A stretch of DNA of 63,771 nucleotides, filler included, from Collodictyon triciliatum (lineage: Eukaryota): the NCBI GenBank assembly GCA_043381765.1. It is 5 parts of 5 records of this genome, joined end to end, with 100 filler letters (N's around TTAATTAATTAA, not from the genome) between each part and the next. Parts side by side here need not be neighbours in the genome. Positions count along the whole stretch, not along the records: positions 42,314 to 59,446 come from JBHJMP010000454.1; positions 59,547 to 63,771 come from JBHJMP010000480.1; 3 more parts are not named here. The stretch is one strand, 5' to 3'. Positions 45,701 to 63,771 of the stretch are shown one piece after another. The position numbers and the translations under genes were made by a program. The notes below the pieces were generated by a model. It saw nothing but the letters and a program-made list of their open reading frames with translations. It was not told where the DNA came from and searched no databases. Every line of letters begins with the position of its first letter. Within the stretch, counting starts at the first letter, position 1.

Positions 45701-48700
45701 CCTTTTTATGATGAAAAAAAAGTAGCTTATAATAAATGCTACTTTGCTCCTTTACAGGCCTCTTTTCTTTGCATTTTCAGCCTTTTTAAGGCGGGATATT
45801 GGTTTACTGAAGATTCAGTTGGGTGAGATTCCTTTGATTCTTTTTAACCTTGGATTACAATATGATTATTATCATTATTTTTTTAAAAAAAAGAAAATTA
45901 AGAGGCATATACTCATGTTCGTCATTTATAGGAATTTATTTTATTGCCAATCTGTTTATTGACATCCTGTGCATATATTTGCCCATGTGAGTCGCTCTGC
46001 CTTTGTGTCACTTTTTCTCTCTAAAATTCTATCCATCATCATGCGCACTATATATAATTATAATATCAGAGATATTTTATACTAAGACATATGAACTACT
46101 TGTCTGATTAAATGCCCCATGAACAAAAAATGGACAAAAGTTTAATCAGAGCAAAATGGGAATCGTGGCTTAACGAGCGGCCTATTATCCTATCGGAGAA
46201 TGCTAACAAAAGAACTGAAAAAAACTCAACTAAGCCAGCCCAGCCTATGTATGGCCAAATCTTCATGGCTAAGGTAGATTCTCTGAAAATCTTAATCCCC
46301 TCCCGAGAACATAATACTATTTGGTCGGTTGAGAGAAAATTTTACTATTACCCCACCAGAATGACCATAAGCCGCGATGCTTTTCACTAAAATTTATTTT
46401 CATAGCTTGGAGCAAACCACACTCTCACACACTCTGAGGATTTCAACTGGTATTATCTTGAGATAGGTGGAGAAATAGTTTATTCGTTAACAAGAAGGTC
46501 GAAATATCCTAAAAGTGAAAATTTTGTTTGTACCACTAGCTGTTGTACATTTGACACTCATGTGCATTCAATTATACACAGCGATCCAATTTTCTGTGTT
46601 GGTCTTTTTTGGTTCTGCTGCACCTATAATATTTATGATTGGTCTCATTGATATATCTTTGAAGTGGAATATGAATATTTACATATTACTATTTTACGCC
46701 AAGGTTTGTGTTTTATTAACCTCAAATATTTTTTGATTCAAGTCCAAATTTTCTTGATCGTGATTCAGTTTCATAGAAGTTTAATACTCGCGAGAACTAA
46801 TATTATATTGCTGCTGTATAGAGACCTATGGATGGTTGTATCGATCAAAGTAACATATAAATTAAATAGTTATGATTTTCTCAGTTAATTAAATTTCTTG
46901 TGCTGATACAAGGATGCTGGTTTCGAATGTTTGAAGTGGTATCCATATCTTCTTTGGTTTTCAACTTGGGGATAAGCATCCTGAAACTTTCAACAAGTGA
47001 GAACGAAACGAGCGCTGATTACAACTGGATTGTTACCATAGTCGTCACTTTTTTTGAGGTAGCCATTAGAAAGTTTATTTCAAGAAGAGAAAATAATTAT
47101 AGTTTTTAAGATATTTTAATTCATTCACATGAACATATATCCGTACATTTACCAAGTATTATATTTTAATCCATACTATAGCACTTTTTGTTTGTATGGA
47201 AAGTATTTTTATCGAAAAGTTTCGATGAGACATCATGGCACTCAAATTTCAACAAAGTATGCAAGTTATTATTCTCCATAAGATACAATGCAATTTTATT
47301 TGAATGATTTTAAAATTAATATCCAAAAAGGTATTACGGAAGAGAGTAGAATCTACTATAGTCTTTGTTGAAGAAGAAATGTTGAGATGGATGAATCACT
47401 CTTTTTCATTCATGAACAATCAAAATCAAAATTATTATGCACTTGGCTGTGTTATTTTTGGACTCACGGCAGGAGCAATGAAATTGAACATATCTTACTT
47501 GATTATATTTTATGTCGCAATACACCACAAACGCCATCAATCAAGTATTAAAAAAGCTCATAAAATCATAAGAGCCATGCAAAAAAGGATATATAGCGAC
47601 CCTATGGTACGTTGTTCCACTAACTAATATATCAAAATTTAGGTTTTAGAAATATGATGAATAGGCATTAAGGGCTTATATAACCGTGAAAATAAAACCA
47701 TACAGCTTATTTCTACTGTGGAAAGCTTGGACTGGATGAATAGTGTGTTCAATGCCTTTTGGTCAAAATTTGGAGTCGATTTTTCAAACAAAATGAAACA
47801 AACGATTAATCAAAGTCTTGACAGTAATAGACCACTTGTTTTGGTGAGTTTCTTGTCGTTTATTTTCCTATAAATTTATTCATCTTACAGTTAAGGTGAT
47901 ATTTATTATACACCTACACATCTATATTTTGTTTACATCGTTTGATTGAACGTATTGAATTGTATTTTTTCTTATTTCTTAGTACTATTAATTTCTTTCT
48001 TTTTAGACAACTCTAGGTTTGCGAGATTGTTCACTCGAGACATTGAAGTTTCATTTTTCGAAAATATACACAATCCAGCCAAGTAAAGATAGAAATATAG
48101 TAAGTTTTTTGTTTTAGATATTGTTTTTGGAAATATTATACAAATATAGCTCCGTTGTTAAGCGAACAATAAAAATACACATAAATTCTGGCTCAGGGGT
48201 TGGAAACCGATGTCGAGATTACCATGGGTTCGGATATTGTCATCGTCGCTGGAATCGGAGTGGATGCAACCATAAAAGTTACAAAACCGAAGGCAAAAGG
48301 GCGGGTATTATGTTCTTTTCTTTTGTTTTTGATACTTTTTTCTAAAAAATTTTTTTTTACATAAAAGCAATAGCATATGAGTTTACCCAATTAATGCCCC
48401 CCTAATTCTAAATATACAATATCATTACTGTTATCACTATTTGTGATGCAATACATATTGATTTATTCATATGTTATCAGTTGAGGATGGAGTTCAAGAT
48501 TCTTTCTCAAAGACCACCAGTTGGCCTTATAGTGATACAGTTTATTGAAGAACCTATTCTTAACTATGGGCTTACCCCATTGAATACAACCAATATTATG
48601 GATATTGATTTTATTGCTGAGTCAATTCGAACGACAGTCAAAGCAAGTCTACGTAATTCACATTTTTCAAATAGTCTTTGGGCTATGATGTCTTATAAGT

Positions 48701-51498
48701 ATAACATCCTGCCAAAAAAAATTTTAACCTCGAATTATATGGTTACACAAGGAACTTGTTCGGTCGAGATTTGTGAATGATTCCATCAAAATTGCACTTC
48801 ATGAATCAGAAACACAAAATACTAGCTACCGATTTTGTCTGGCTATCAAATCAGCCAAGGGTCTTATTTTGAGGGATTCTATAAGTACTTTCATTTTATA
48901 ACAAACATGAAGAAGTAAGCTGATGTTTTACTTGCTACTCCTTTCATAGGAGACACAAAGCTATATTGCAAAATAAACATAGGAGGAAAGTCAATCAAAA
49001 CTAGATCAGTAACAAGCAGTCACAATCCTTACTGGGATGATTGTTTCCAAGAAACAGTCAAAATACGGTATGATACTCTGCTATCCTTGTGGACAAAATT
49101 AGAGAGTGTTATTAAAAAAAAAAAGTACGCAATTTTATTTTTGTATTCGATGCTTTTAATATTCATTAAAGAGAGTCATATAAAATTTAGAGATGATACT
49201 ATAATTGAGGACATTAGCATCCAAATCAAGGAATCTGTCTTACCATCAGATAATACAATTGCTGCGGTGAATGTAAGAATTCAATAAAGAGCGAAACCAA
49301 GCTATAATGCTTCCTTATGAATGTGCATGTGGCTGAACCTGGGATTCGACATTCTACTAAACTGCGAGTATTTGATTGCAGCTAAATATCAGTAGTTTGG
49401 GGAAGTCAATCCACTGGTTAACATAGTCTTACTATCTATTTTTTTCATTAGGTTCCTGTGCAAACCCTGAAACCATGGCAGATGAACACTATGATATTAG
49501 ACGCAGAAAAACCTTGTCATGGGCAAATTTGCATCAGCGCCTTCTTAGAACCACCGTTTGGTAGGATATTTATACTTTGAATGCAGTACGATTGTTATGG
49601 TGACTAATACATAATAACCACTGCCAGCTCATTGCATAGTATCTATAGTTTGAGAAATATTATTCAGATTTGATTTTCTCTTCAAATAAGCTGATAAGAA
49701 TCCTGTGGCCCTCTCAATCCACTTGACCAGTTTTGATGAGCTTATTCCGCTCCCTAAAAGTATGGCATTACCATATGTCCCCCATTTATTCGATTCGAAG
49801 TAGCTATGTCATATTTAAATTGTATTTCATTTGACCTTTGTTTTTTTTTAAATTTTAAAAATTAATCTAAAAAAAAGTGTATGAATACATAATTGTCCTT
49901 ATACTTCTCATTCGATTATGACACCATTTTCAATCTCAAAGGAAATGCATACTTTATCTTTTTGATGGATGGATTCGAAGTTCGTACGATACCCCGTAGA
50001 CATACAAGGAATAATGATATAAATACAGGCTACATTCTTTATTTTGAAAGGCCTTCCAGGAATCTTACAATTCAGGTCTAAAAAAATTCAGCCGAGTGCT
50101 ATCCCAGAAATTTATATTGACAGTATAACCAATATAAATTTGAGATAATTTATTTTGACATAATGCTAACCTTTTTATTCAATACATGATTAATTCACCC
50201 ACAGTTTTTGGAAGAAGGGTCAACAGAACCTATCGAGTCTGTGGATATGCTTCTCCCTACACTAGATATTAAAGAAAAGTCTATGGTAAAGGTTGATTTT
50301 AGCCAGCATATTCGCGGTAGCCTGGACCTTGAGCTACAGTTCCTCACTTATTCAGATATTCCTATCAGTGGGTCTATTTTTAACTATTTTCATGTCAATT
50401 TTATGTCAATTTTATGTCAATTTTATGTCAATTTTATGTCAATTTTATGTCAATTTTATGTCAATTTTATGTCAATTTTATGTCAATTTTATGTCAATTT
50501 TATGTCAATTTTATGTCAATTTTATGTAATTTTATGTAATTTTATGTAATTTTATGTAATTTTATGTAATTTTATGTAATTTTATGTAATTTTATGTAAT
50601 TTTTCCTTTTCATGTGAATGCAAATTATATCGCGGTTCATTCAAGGTGCTGTTTTTTGCTTGTTCGAAACAACAACCCAGCATACACAAAAGAAAAAATA
50701 TTAATAAACGTATTGAAATCGGGGTATTTTTCATTTTAGATCCAGTCATGGGTAGTGTGACGATTATGGTGCATGGCTTCAAGAATCTTTCCATGCCTAT
50801 TTCAGGTATACTATTATCCGTGCATTCGCTCAAGTCTTTCCTGTGTTCATTATGTGGCTCTTCATCCGTTCTATTTACTTCCGTTTATGTTATATTAAGA
50901 TATCATCCCTTCCTTTCTTTCCTGGTAATTATTCTTATGGGTTAGATGCAGCCTTGGTTGGAAAACTTCATAAAATGAAAAGAGTAGTTGTTGGCAAGGG
51001 GATGGTATTTGTTAAAATATAATGAAATGCACAAGTGATTCATTTGGTTTGATATCGCCACAACAAGATTTCATGTTCGCTCCTAAAACTCGCGTAGGAG
51101 CCGATGTCATGCTGGATTTGTGTCGGGAATGAAGCCCAAGATATTTTAATTTCCGACGGCAAATGCTCAGCTACAATCACGATGCTTGTTCAAGACCAAA
51201 CTAATCAGTTCATTCGTATATACATCGGGTTCTTGGGTGATGACATCCATGCGCATTTTTGTTTTCTGAAGGTATCGCCTTATTTCATTTATCTCTCAAA
51301 TATCACACGTGTAATCTCATAACATTTCATTTCGTATATGCCTGCTCATATATATGCACATTTCCTGCCCAGATACCGCTCTCCGCCGTATCATCGACAA
51401 ATATCACCAGCGGCTGGTTTCCATTTGCAAGTGCAACTCATAAGTTTGAAGATGGAAATCCAGAAGTGCGCCTGGACGCATTATTTGCTCCATCATAA
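42749..51498 (+). CDS. Anoctamin/TMEM16 domain fused to hydrophobic hairpin-SMP-C2-C2-C2 (tricalbin/E-Syt-like); start uncertain
   Basis: Anoctamin motifs: FFSSAERQKMI, MYPAHE, IFDYFGQDVSWFFTW, TELWKRK, YLEI|AIQFS...AK|RP, FFE|HFLFVWK. SMP: VESLDWMNSVFNAFW...RPLVL, GR|LRMEF...QFIEEP...NIMDI. C2A: IKSAKGL...LYCKINIGGKSIKTRSVTSSHNPYWDDCF; two further C2-like repeats; TAA at 51496-51498. Confidence 0.8.
50392..50601. repeat. (ATGTCAATTTT)n switching to (ATGTAATTTT)n, intronic
   Basis: Direct tandem repeat with an 11-mer to 10-mer transition. Confidence 0.95.
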
Positions 51499-51812
51499 TA
51501 AAGACCACTAGTTTCTAATTTTGTTGAGTGCAATACCCCTGCCCGATTTATCATTTATTTCACAAGCCAGAATTCACTTCTACCTTTTCCACTGGACATA
51601 ATGAGTTTTTAGGTTTTCTTCCCATACTTTGAGAGGCAGAATGATAATTGGACAAGTACAAGCATTACAGCGCTTCATTAATTTATTAGCTAAGATAATG
51701 CAATAATTATGAACATGATAAGGAGAAGGAAAACTTGAGCATAGTGAAGCTTTATTATCATACACCTTCGACACATCTTTGGTGTTTATGTAGTTCTTAT
51801 ATACTATCAAAT

Positions 51813-58654
<6,842 letters not shown>

Positions 58655-59446
58655 CGCCTCTGGAAGCGGCCTGCAGCTTGTGCCAAGAAGCTCTGGTGAT
58701 GTTCGTAGCGATGGGAAAGTTATGTTTCGGTTGATCACGAAGAGAAAAAGAAAACCCCCAGCTTCTCTTTGTCTTTTTTTTCTTCTTTTTTTTTTTTTTA
58801 TTGTTAGTTTTTCTTTTTAATATGCGGTTGTGTTGACCCAGGCTGCATGCAATTCTTTCTTTTCTCTTTCTCTTTCTCCTTCTCCTTCTCCTCTTTCTCC
58901 TTCTCCTCCTTCTCCTTCTCCTCTTTCTCCTTCTCCTCTTGGCCGCCTTCTTTCTCAGGTTCGGCAGGATTTGTCATAGTTCCAGTCACAGGTTTGGTTT
59001 TCGTTTGGCTTGCGTATGTGCGGGGCTCGCTGAGGGTGAAGCAAGTGGTTTGACAGGTTTGGGTGATTATGCGGCGCTCATCGCCTCATCCTCCTTTCAG
59101 TGTTGTTTTAGTTTCTGTTCTTCCTTTTACTTTTTCTTTTTCCTCTTCGATTCATTGAATGTCTGAAGAAGAAAAAATATGGTGTTTGTTGTGTTCGGCG
59201 GTTTATCCTTATCTTTTCGCTTTGCTTTATTCTAATCCTCCCTGTTCCTGCAGGAAGACATGATTTTGTCCACAACACAGAGCGCAGAACACAAGGACTT
59301 GGGCCGGAAAGAAGCTTCGGCTGTGATTCGGGCCGCGCGAAGGAATGATAAAGAAAGAATAAAAAAAAAAAAAAGAAAAAAAAAAGGAAAAAAAAACATT
59401 TCAACTCCACATTATATTGTTTGCTCCTCTCCTTTTTTTTTCTTTT

Positions 59447-59546
59447 NNNNNNNNNNNNNNNNNNNNNNNNNNNNNNNNNNNNNNNNNNNNTTAATTAATT
59501 AANNNNNNNNNNNNNNNNNNNNNNNNNNNNNNNNNNNNNNNNNNNN
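59447..59546. other. Artificial contig spacer
   Basis: TTAATTAATTAA at 59491-59502 within Ns. Confidence 0.97.
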
Positions 59547-59659
59547 ATGTGTCTATGTGTCTATGTGTCTATGTGTCTATGTGTCTATGTGTCTATGTGT
59601 CTATGTGTCTATGTGTCTATGTGTCTATGTGTCTATGTGTCTATATATATCTATGTTTG

Positions 59660-59854
59660 CCCACGTTGATTTTGTGCATGGGTAAAGCGGCTCCCATCTG
59701 CGCCTCTCCTAGTATATTGGCTGATGGATGACTGCTGTTGGATTGGTGGGTGTGGGAGGACGGTGGCTGGAAATCATGAATTCGGCGAGCGTAAATATGA
59801 AAAGTCAGAAAATATTGGACGAAATTGTTTTGGAAATAAAAAATTAAAAAGGTG

Positions 59855-59935
<81 letters not shown>

Positions 59936-62900
59936 GAAAGGAAAAAGACAAAGAGATAAATTTGTTGAAATCCTATGAATTCATGTAAATAGATGTCGAG
60001 GATATACAAAAAAAGAAAAAGGACAAAAATCAAGATAGAGGCAAAGAAAGGGAACCTCGGGATTGTAAAAGACTGGGTCGTCTCGGCTCTGCTAATAAAA
60101 GTTTCTGTAGATGAGTTGGGACAAAGACCGATATTTTTGAGATGTGCTCGGGAAGATATTGGTGCCCACTTCCTTGACTAATTCTTTCACTGACATCATG
60201 ACTCTAATCGAATTATTGTGAAACAAAGCTAATAGTTGTTCAGGCGATGAAAAACTCATGAAGAAGAAGAAAAATAAATGGTGGGTAGGCTATTGACACT
60301 AATTCGAATTATACTTGCGCAGTGACTTCAGTACTTCCACTTTCTATCTTATGTACACTTACGGGCGCTGCGTCTTCTGTGGGTATTCCTTTTATTTACA
60401 AAGGTAAGATAGAACTTTCAGAACAAGTATGGTGCGATGAGAAAGACTATTCTTTTGCACCAATTAAAAAAAAGTATATGACTTCCGAAACTTACTTTCT
60501 CCAATTATTTGAGTTTGGTCTTTTCTAAAGTATTTATTGGATGTATTGACAAAATACCTTTCGTGAGGGGAGGAAAATTTATTAGGATAGTACCAATATA
60601 TTTGATATAATATTATCAATATTTTTCAAAATCCATGAATTGGTGGTGAATATTGATTGATAATTCAGGATAAAGGACGGAAAGATCAACAATAGGTGAG
60701 GTACTTTGAATTCTTTTGTAGCTCTGCCATGACTGACAGAGCCACCACGAGCCTCTCTTTTAATCCACTTGACTTAACAAACGTGGAGCGCTTCAGGAAC
60801 TCACTTTGTACTTTCCACTCATCAGAGACAGGAAGGCATAACTCTGTCACTTGGGAATCCTATAAAGATTTGGGTATTCAAAAGAGCGAAAAGAATCTTT
60901 AATAGCATACTGCAATAAAAAAAATGATAATATACCAATCTAACATAGACATAAAATTCTCTAACACTCATTCCTTTCATCGAGTATAGGAAAGTATTTA
61001 AGTATATCGACAGGCGATTATTTACATATTTATTAAGAATCAAATAACAATCAACTTACGGATAGCCCAAGCACATCAACCCTGGAAGAATCTATGCTTT
61101 CGAACGGGTGGCTTTCGTCAGATACTTGAAATGGTGATGATGGCAATCGGTTAAGAGTTGGAGGTTTAGATTTCATCGGACCAACACTCTCTCTTTGTCC
61201 GTCGCCCGAATTTATCTTTGGGATTATAATGAACATATAAGTGCGAACTTGCAAGAAACAACTTAAAGCTCTTGGAAGTTTAATAGAATATAGGAAGGAG
61301 AGATGCAGAAAGACAATTTATAGCAACCGGCATTTTATAGCATATGAGAAAAAAAATTACTAGTAATAAAAATTTTATGAAAAATGATGAGAAAATAAAT
61401 GTTCAATAAATTCGCTGATTAAATCTTCGCGATACGAAATCATTTGCATACATTAGTGTTATGTTGGGATTGTCGAGAATATCTATCTTCGAATCTACTA
61501 TTTCCGTCCCTTAGCTTTTCCCCAGTAAATGTTTCCTCAATATTTCCAACAATCCTTTGCCCATTCGTTTCTAATTGCCTTTCTTGCTTTCCAGAAGCGG
61601 GACGTTCTGATGGTTTTCTATCTGGACCCTTTCTGTCTTTTTCGGTACCTTTCCCTGTTGGGGGTTTGGAGCTGGGAAAAGGCAAATGATATGCGATTGT
61701 TTTGAAAGAGAAACACATTTAGGGAGATATCACTGAAAGTTGCATTTTCACGGAATATTGCTACGTTTAGTAATTGGTGTATTTATGTAAATTTGCACTC
61801 TAGTATATTTTTTTTTCCTTTATTCGATTCAAAGTGTTGCACTCTAGTATATAAACACTCACGATTTCATTTGCTCCTCGACCTTCTTTTGTACTTGCAG
61901 TCTTTTTGCTGCATTCATGTGTGTTTCCAATCCTATAATACTACATCTTAGTAACAGAATCCATGTAAACGATGCATCGTTTTTCCTATTATTTGATTCA
62001 AACTAGACACCGTGTAACTAAAACATATATGGGAATGATAAAAGGAAGGAAAGAGGCTTTGAATCGAATCGAGGAGGAAAAGAGAAAGAGCGAAGGATAG
62101 AAACAGGGATGGACAGAAATACACATAGACAAAAGACAAAAGACAAAAGACAAAAGACAAAAANNNNNNNNNNNNNNNNNNNNNNNNNNNNNNNNNNNNN
62201 NNNNNNNNNNNNNNNNNNNNNNNNNNNNNNNNNNNNNNNNNNNNNNNNNNNNNNNNNNNNNNNAGACAAAGACAAAGACAAAGACAAAGACAAAGACAAA
62301 GACAAAGACAAAGACAAAGACAAAGACAAAGACAAAGACAAAGACAAAGACAAAAACAAAGACAAAGACAAAGACAAAGACAAAGAGAAAGGTATAGAAT
62401 ACAGAGAAAAAAGATAAAGGACCTGCAAATCCCCCGCCCCAGGCGGACGTAAAGAAATCATCATATTTTGCAGAGTTTGCAGACGGGTATATGCGAGTAA
62501 AGTTTCCCTTTTGAAATGAAACAATTAGATATAAATATTCAGTTTCATTACAAGAAGGAATGTAATCATTTATTAGTGTGTTTAAGAAAGAGAAAGTATG
62601 TGTAATATTATATGAGAATTTTGTATAAACCATGTGCTCCTCTTCCCATTTGTGCAACATTTCGGCAACTTTCTCCTTTTGTGTCTAAAATTGAACTCAG
62701 TATTTACAACCAACAGTGAAATGCGGACAAATACATGAATTTGACACGAGAAAAGCTGTGTGAGGCATAGGAGAACACAAAGGACAAAGGTTTTGTATGT
62801 AAAAATTGAACTGCTACAAAGTTTCATTTTCGATAAAAAAAAAAAATAGGTAATTAATAAATAGAGTTCATATATTCACAATTTGTTCGACTTATACATG

Positions 62901-63480
62901 GAAATTTTAAGCAAAGACTCGCCTCCTTGTCAGGAGAGATAAAATCATCTCTGCGCCGAGAGCCGAATATTCTCTGCTGTGCTCGTAATTTTTCATCTTT
63001 CATATATCTCCGAATATAATCTGAATCGATGTGAAGGAGGTTGCAGACGCTCTTTAGTAGGTTGTCCTTGATGTACGTATCAATCCCAGAGTCGCAACTC
63101 AAACTTGGAGAGTGATTAACCTATAATAACACATTCACTTGAGTATGTAATTATGTATTTGTTTTGAGAATTGTGTGGCAATTTAGATAGTCTATGATAT
63201 AAATGTATTTCTGCTCTAAATATATGCAAGTTGCCGGGGATTTTTGGATGTATCTTATGGAAATGGCCAAAAAAATATGTGTTTTTTTTATGTTCACCAT
63301 CCAAGAGTTAAAATAATATAGGGGCACCTCTAGGAGTAGAGGACGTAGCTGACTGTCAATAATGATATCAAATCCAAGTAATTCAAAACAAGCACTCCCT
63401 TCGACCCCGTCTGGTGCGCATGTCCGGTACATGTGCGCAAGCATTGGTTGCACGCAAATAATCGTTTTTATTATGATATC
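59660..63480 (-). CDS. Tubulin polyglutamylase, TTLL6/TTLL13-like, C-terminal part (5' end beyond window, 3' end uncertain)
   Basis: DIIIKTIICVQPMLAHMYRTC...SACFELLGFDIIIDSQLRPLLLE|VNHSPSLSCDSGIDTYIK...WEEEHM|GNFTRIYP. Confidence 0.88.
61793..61852 (-). mobile_element. Mini retroposon 3' end (28 nt, 61809-61836) with 16-bp TSD in a TTLL intron
   Basis: TTGCACTCTAGTATAT at 61793-61808 and 61837-61852; insert CACTTTGAATCGAATAAAGG(A)8 on the minus strand. Confidence 0.9.
62127..62385. repeat. (GACAAAA)n/(GACAAA)n intronic microsatellite spanning an N gap
   Basis: Direct tandem repeat. Confidence 0.95.
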
Positions 63481-63771
63481 CTATTTTTTTTTTTAACAAT
63501 TTGACATCATCGAAATTATGGTGTAAATATGATGGAAGGGTACTTCCCTCGAATGGCATGATTGGTTGTGTGAATATCATCGAAAAAAATATGGAGACAG
63601 AGGGATGGGGAGAAGGGAATTATCCTTATGGAAAATATGTAATAGTATAATATCTTCATCTTCCTTCCTTTGTTTTCTTTCTTTTCTTTCTTTTCTTTCT
63701 TTTCTTTCTTTTCTTTCTTTTCTTTCTTTTCTTTCTTTTCTTTCTTTTCTTTCTTTTCTTTCTTTTCTTTC

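Noticed and set aside
49784-49804. TTTATTCGATTCGAAGT, similar to the mini-retroposon core (weaker matches near 54616, 55729 and 62057)
   Set aside because: No tail and at most a 6-bp flanking repeat; possibly old copies but not supportable.

Overview
Intron-rich nuclear DNA of a probably flagellated unicellular eukaryote (CEP41, TTLL6/13-type and TSNAXIP1-like ciliary genes; GT-AG introns; standard code; many intronic microsatellites). The window is at least five contigs joined by artificial 100-nt N/TTAATTAATTAA spacers (19950-20049, 36022-36121, 42214-42313, 59447-59546), so gene order across them is not evidence of synteny. Genes reconstructed by hand: TSNAXIP1-like, diacylglycerol lipase, a small single-TM protein, a CAMK-group kinase, an ABCG half-transporter, a TORTIFOLIA1/SPIRAL2-like fragment, tRNA-Cys(GCA), ITPK1, an Rh-type protein with a C-terminal SAM domain, CEP41, a RasGAP fragment, a RasGEF, a TTLL fragment and several hypothetical genes. 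Best candidate for an undescribed system: a gene at ~42749-51498 that appears to fuse an anoctamin/TMEM16 membrane domain (Ca2+ site degenerate) in frame to a tricalbin/E-Syt-type hairpin-SMP-C2-C2-C2 lipid-transfer module. Also notable: a 2-nt microexon required in the RasGEF catalytic domain, and a family of 21-43 nt retroposon 3' ends with 15-18 bp target-site duplications in introns. All family assignments are from motif recognition; no database search was run.
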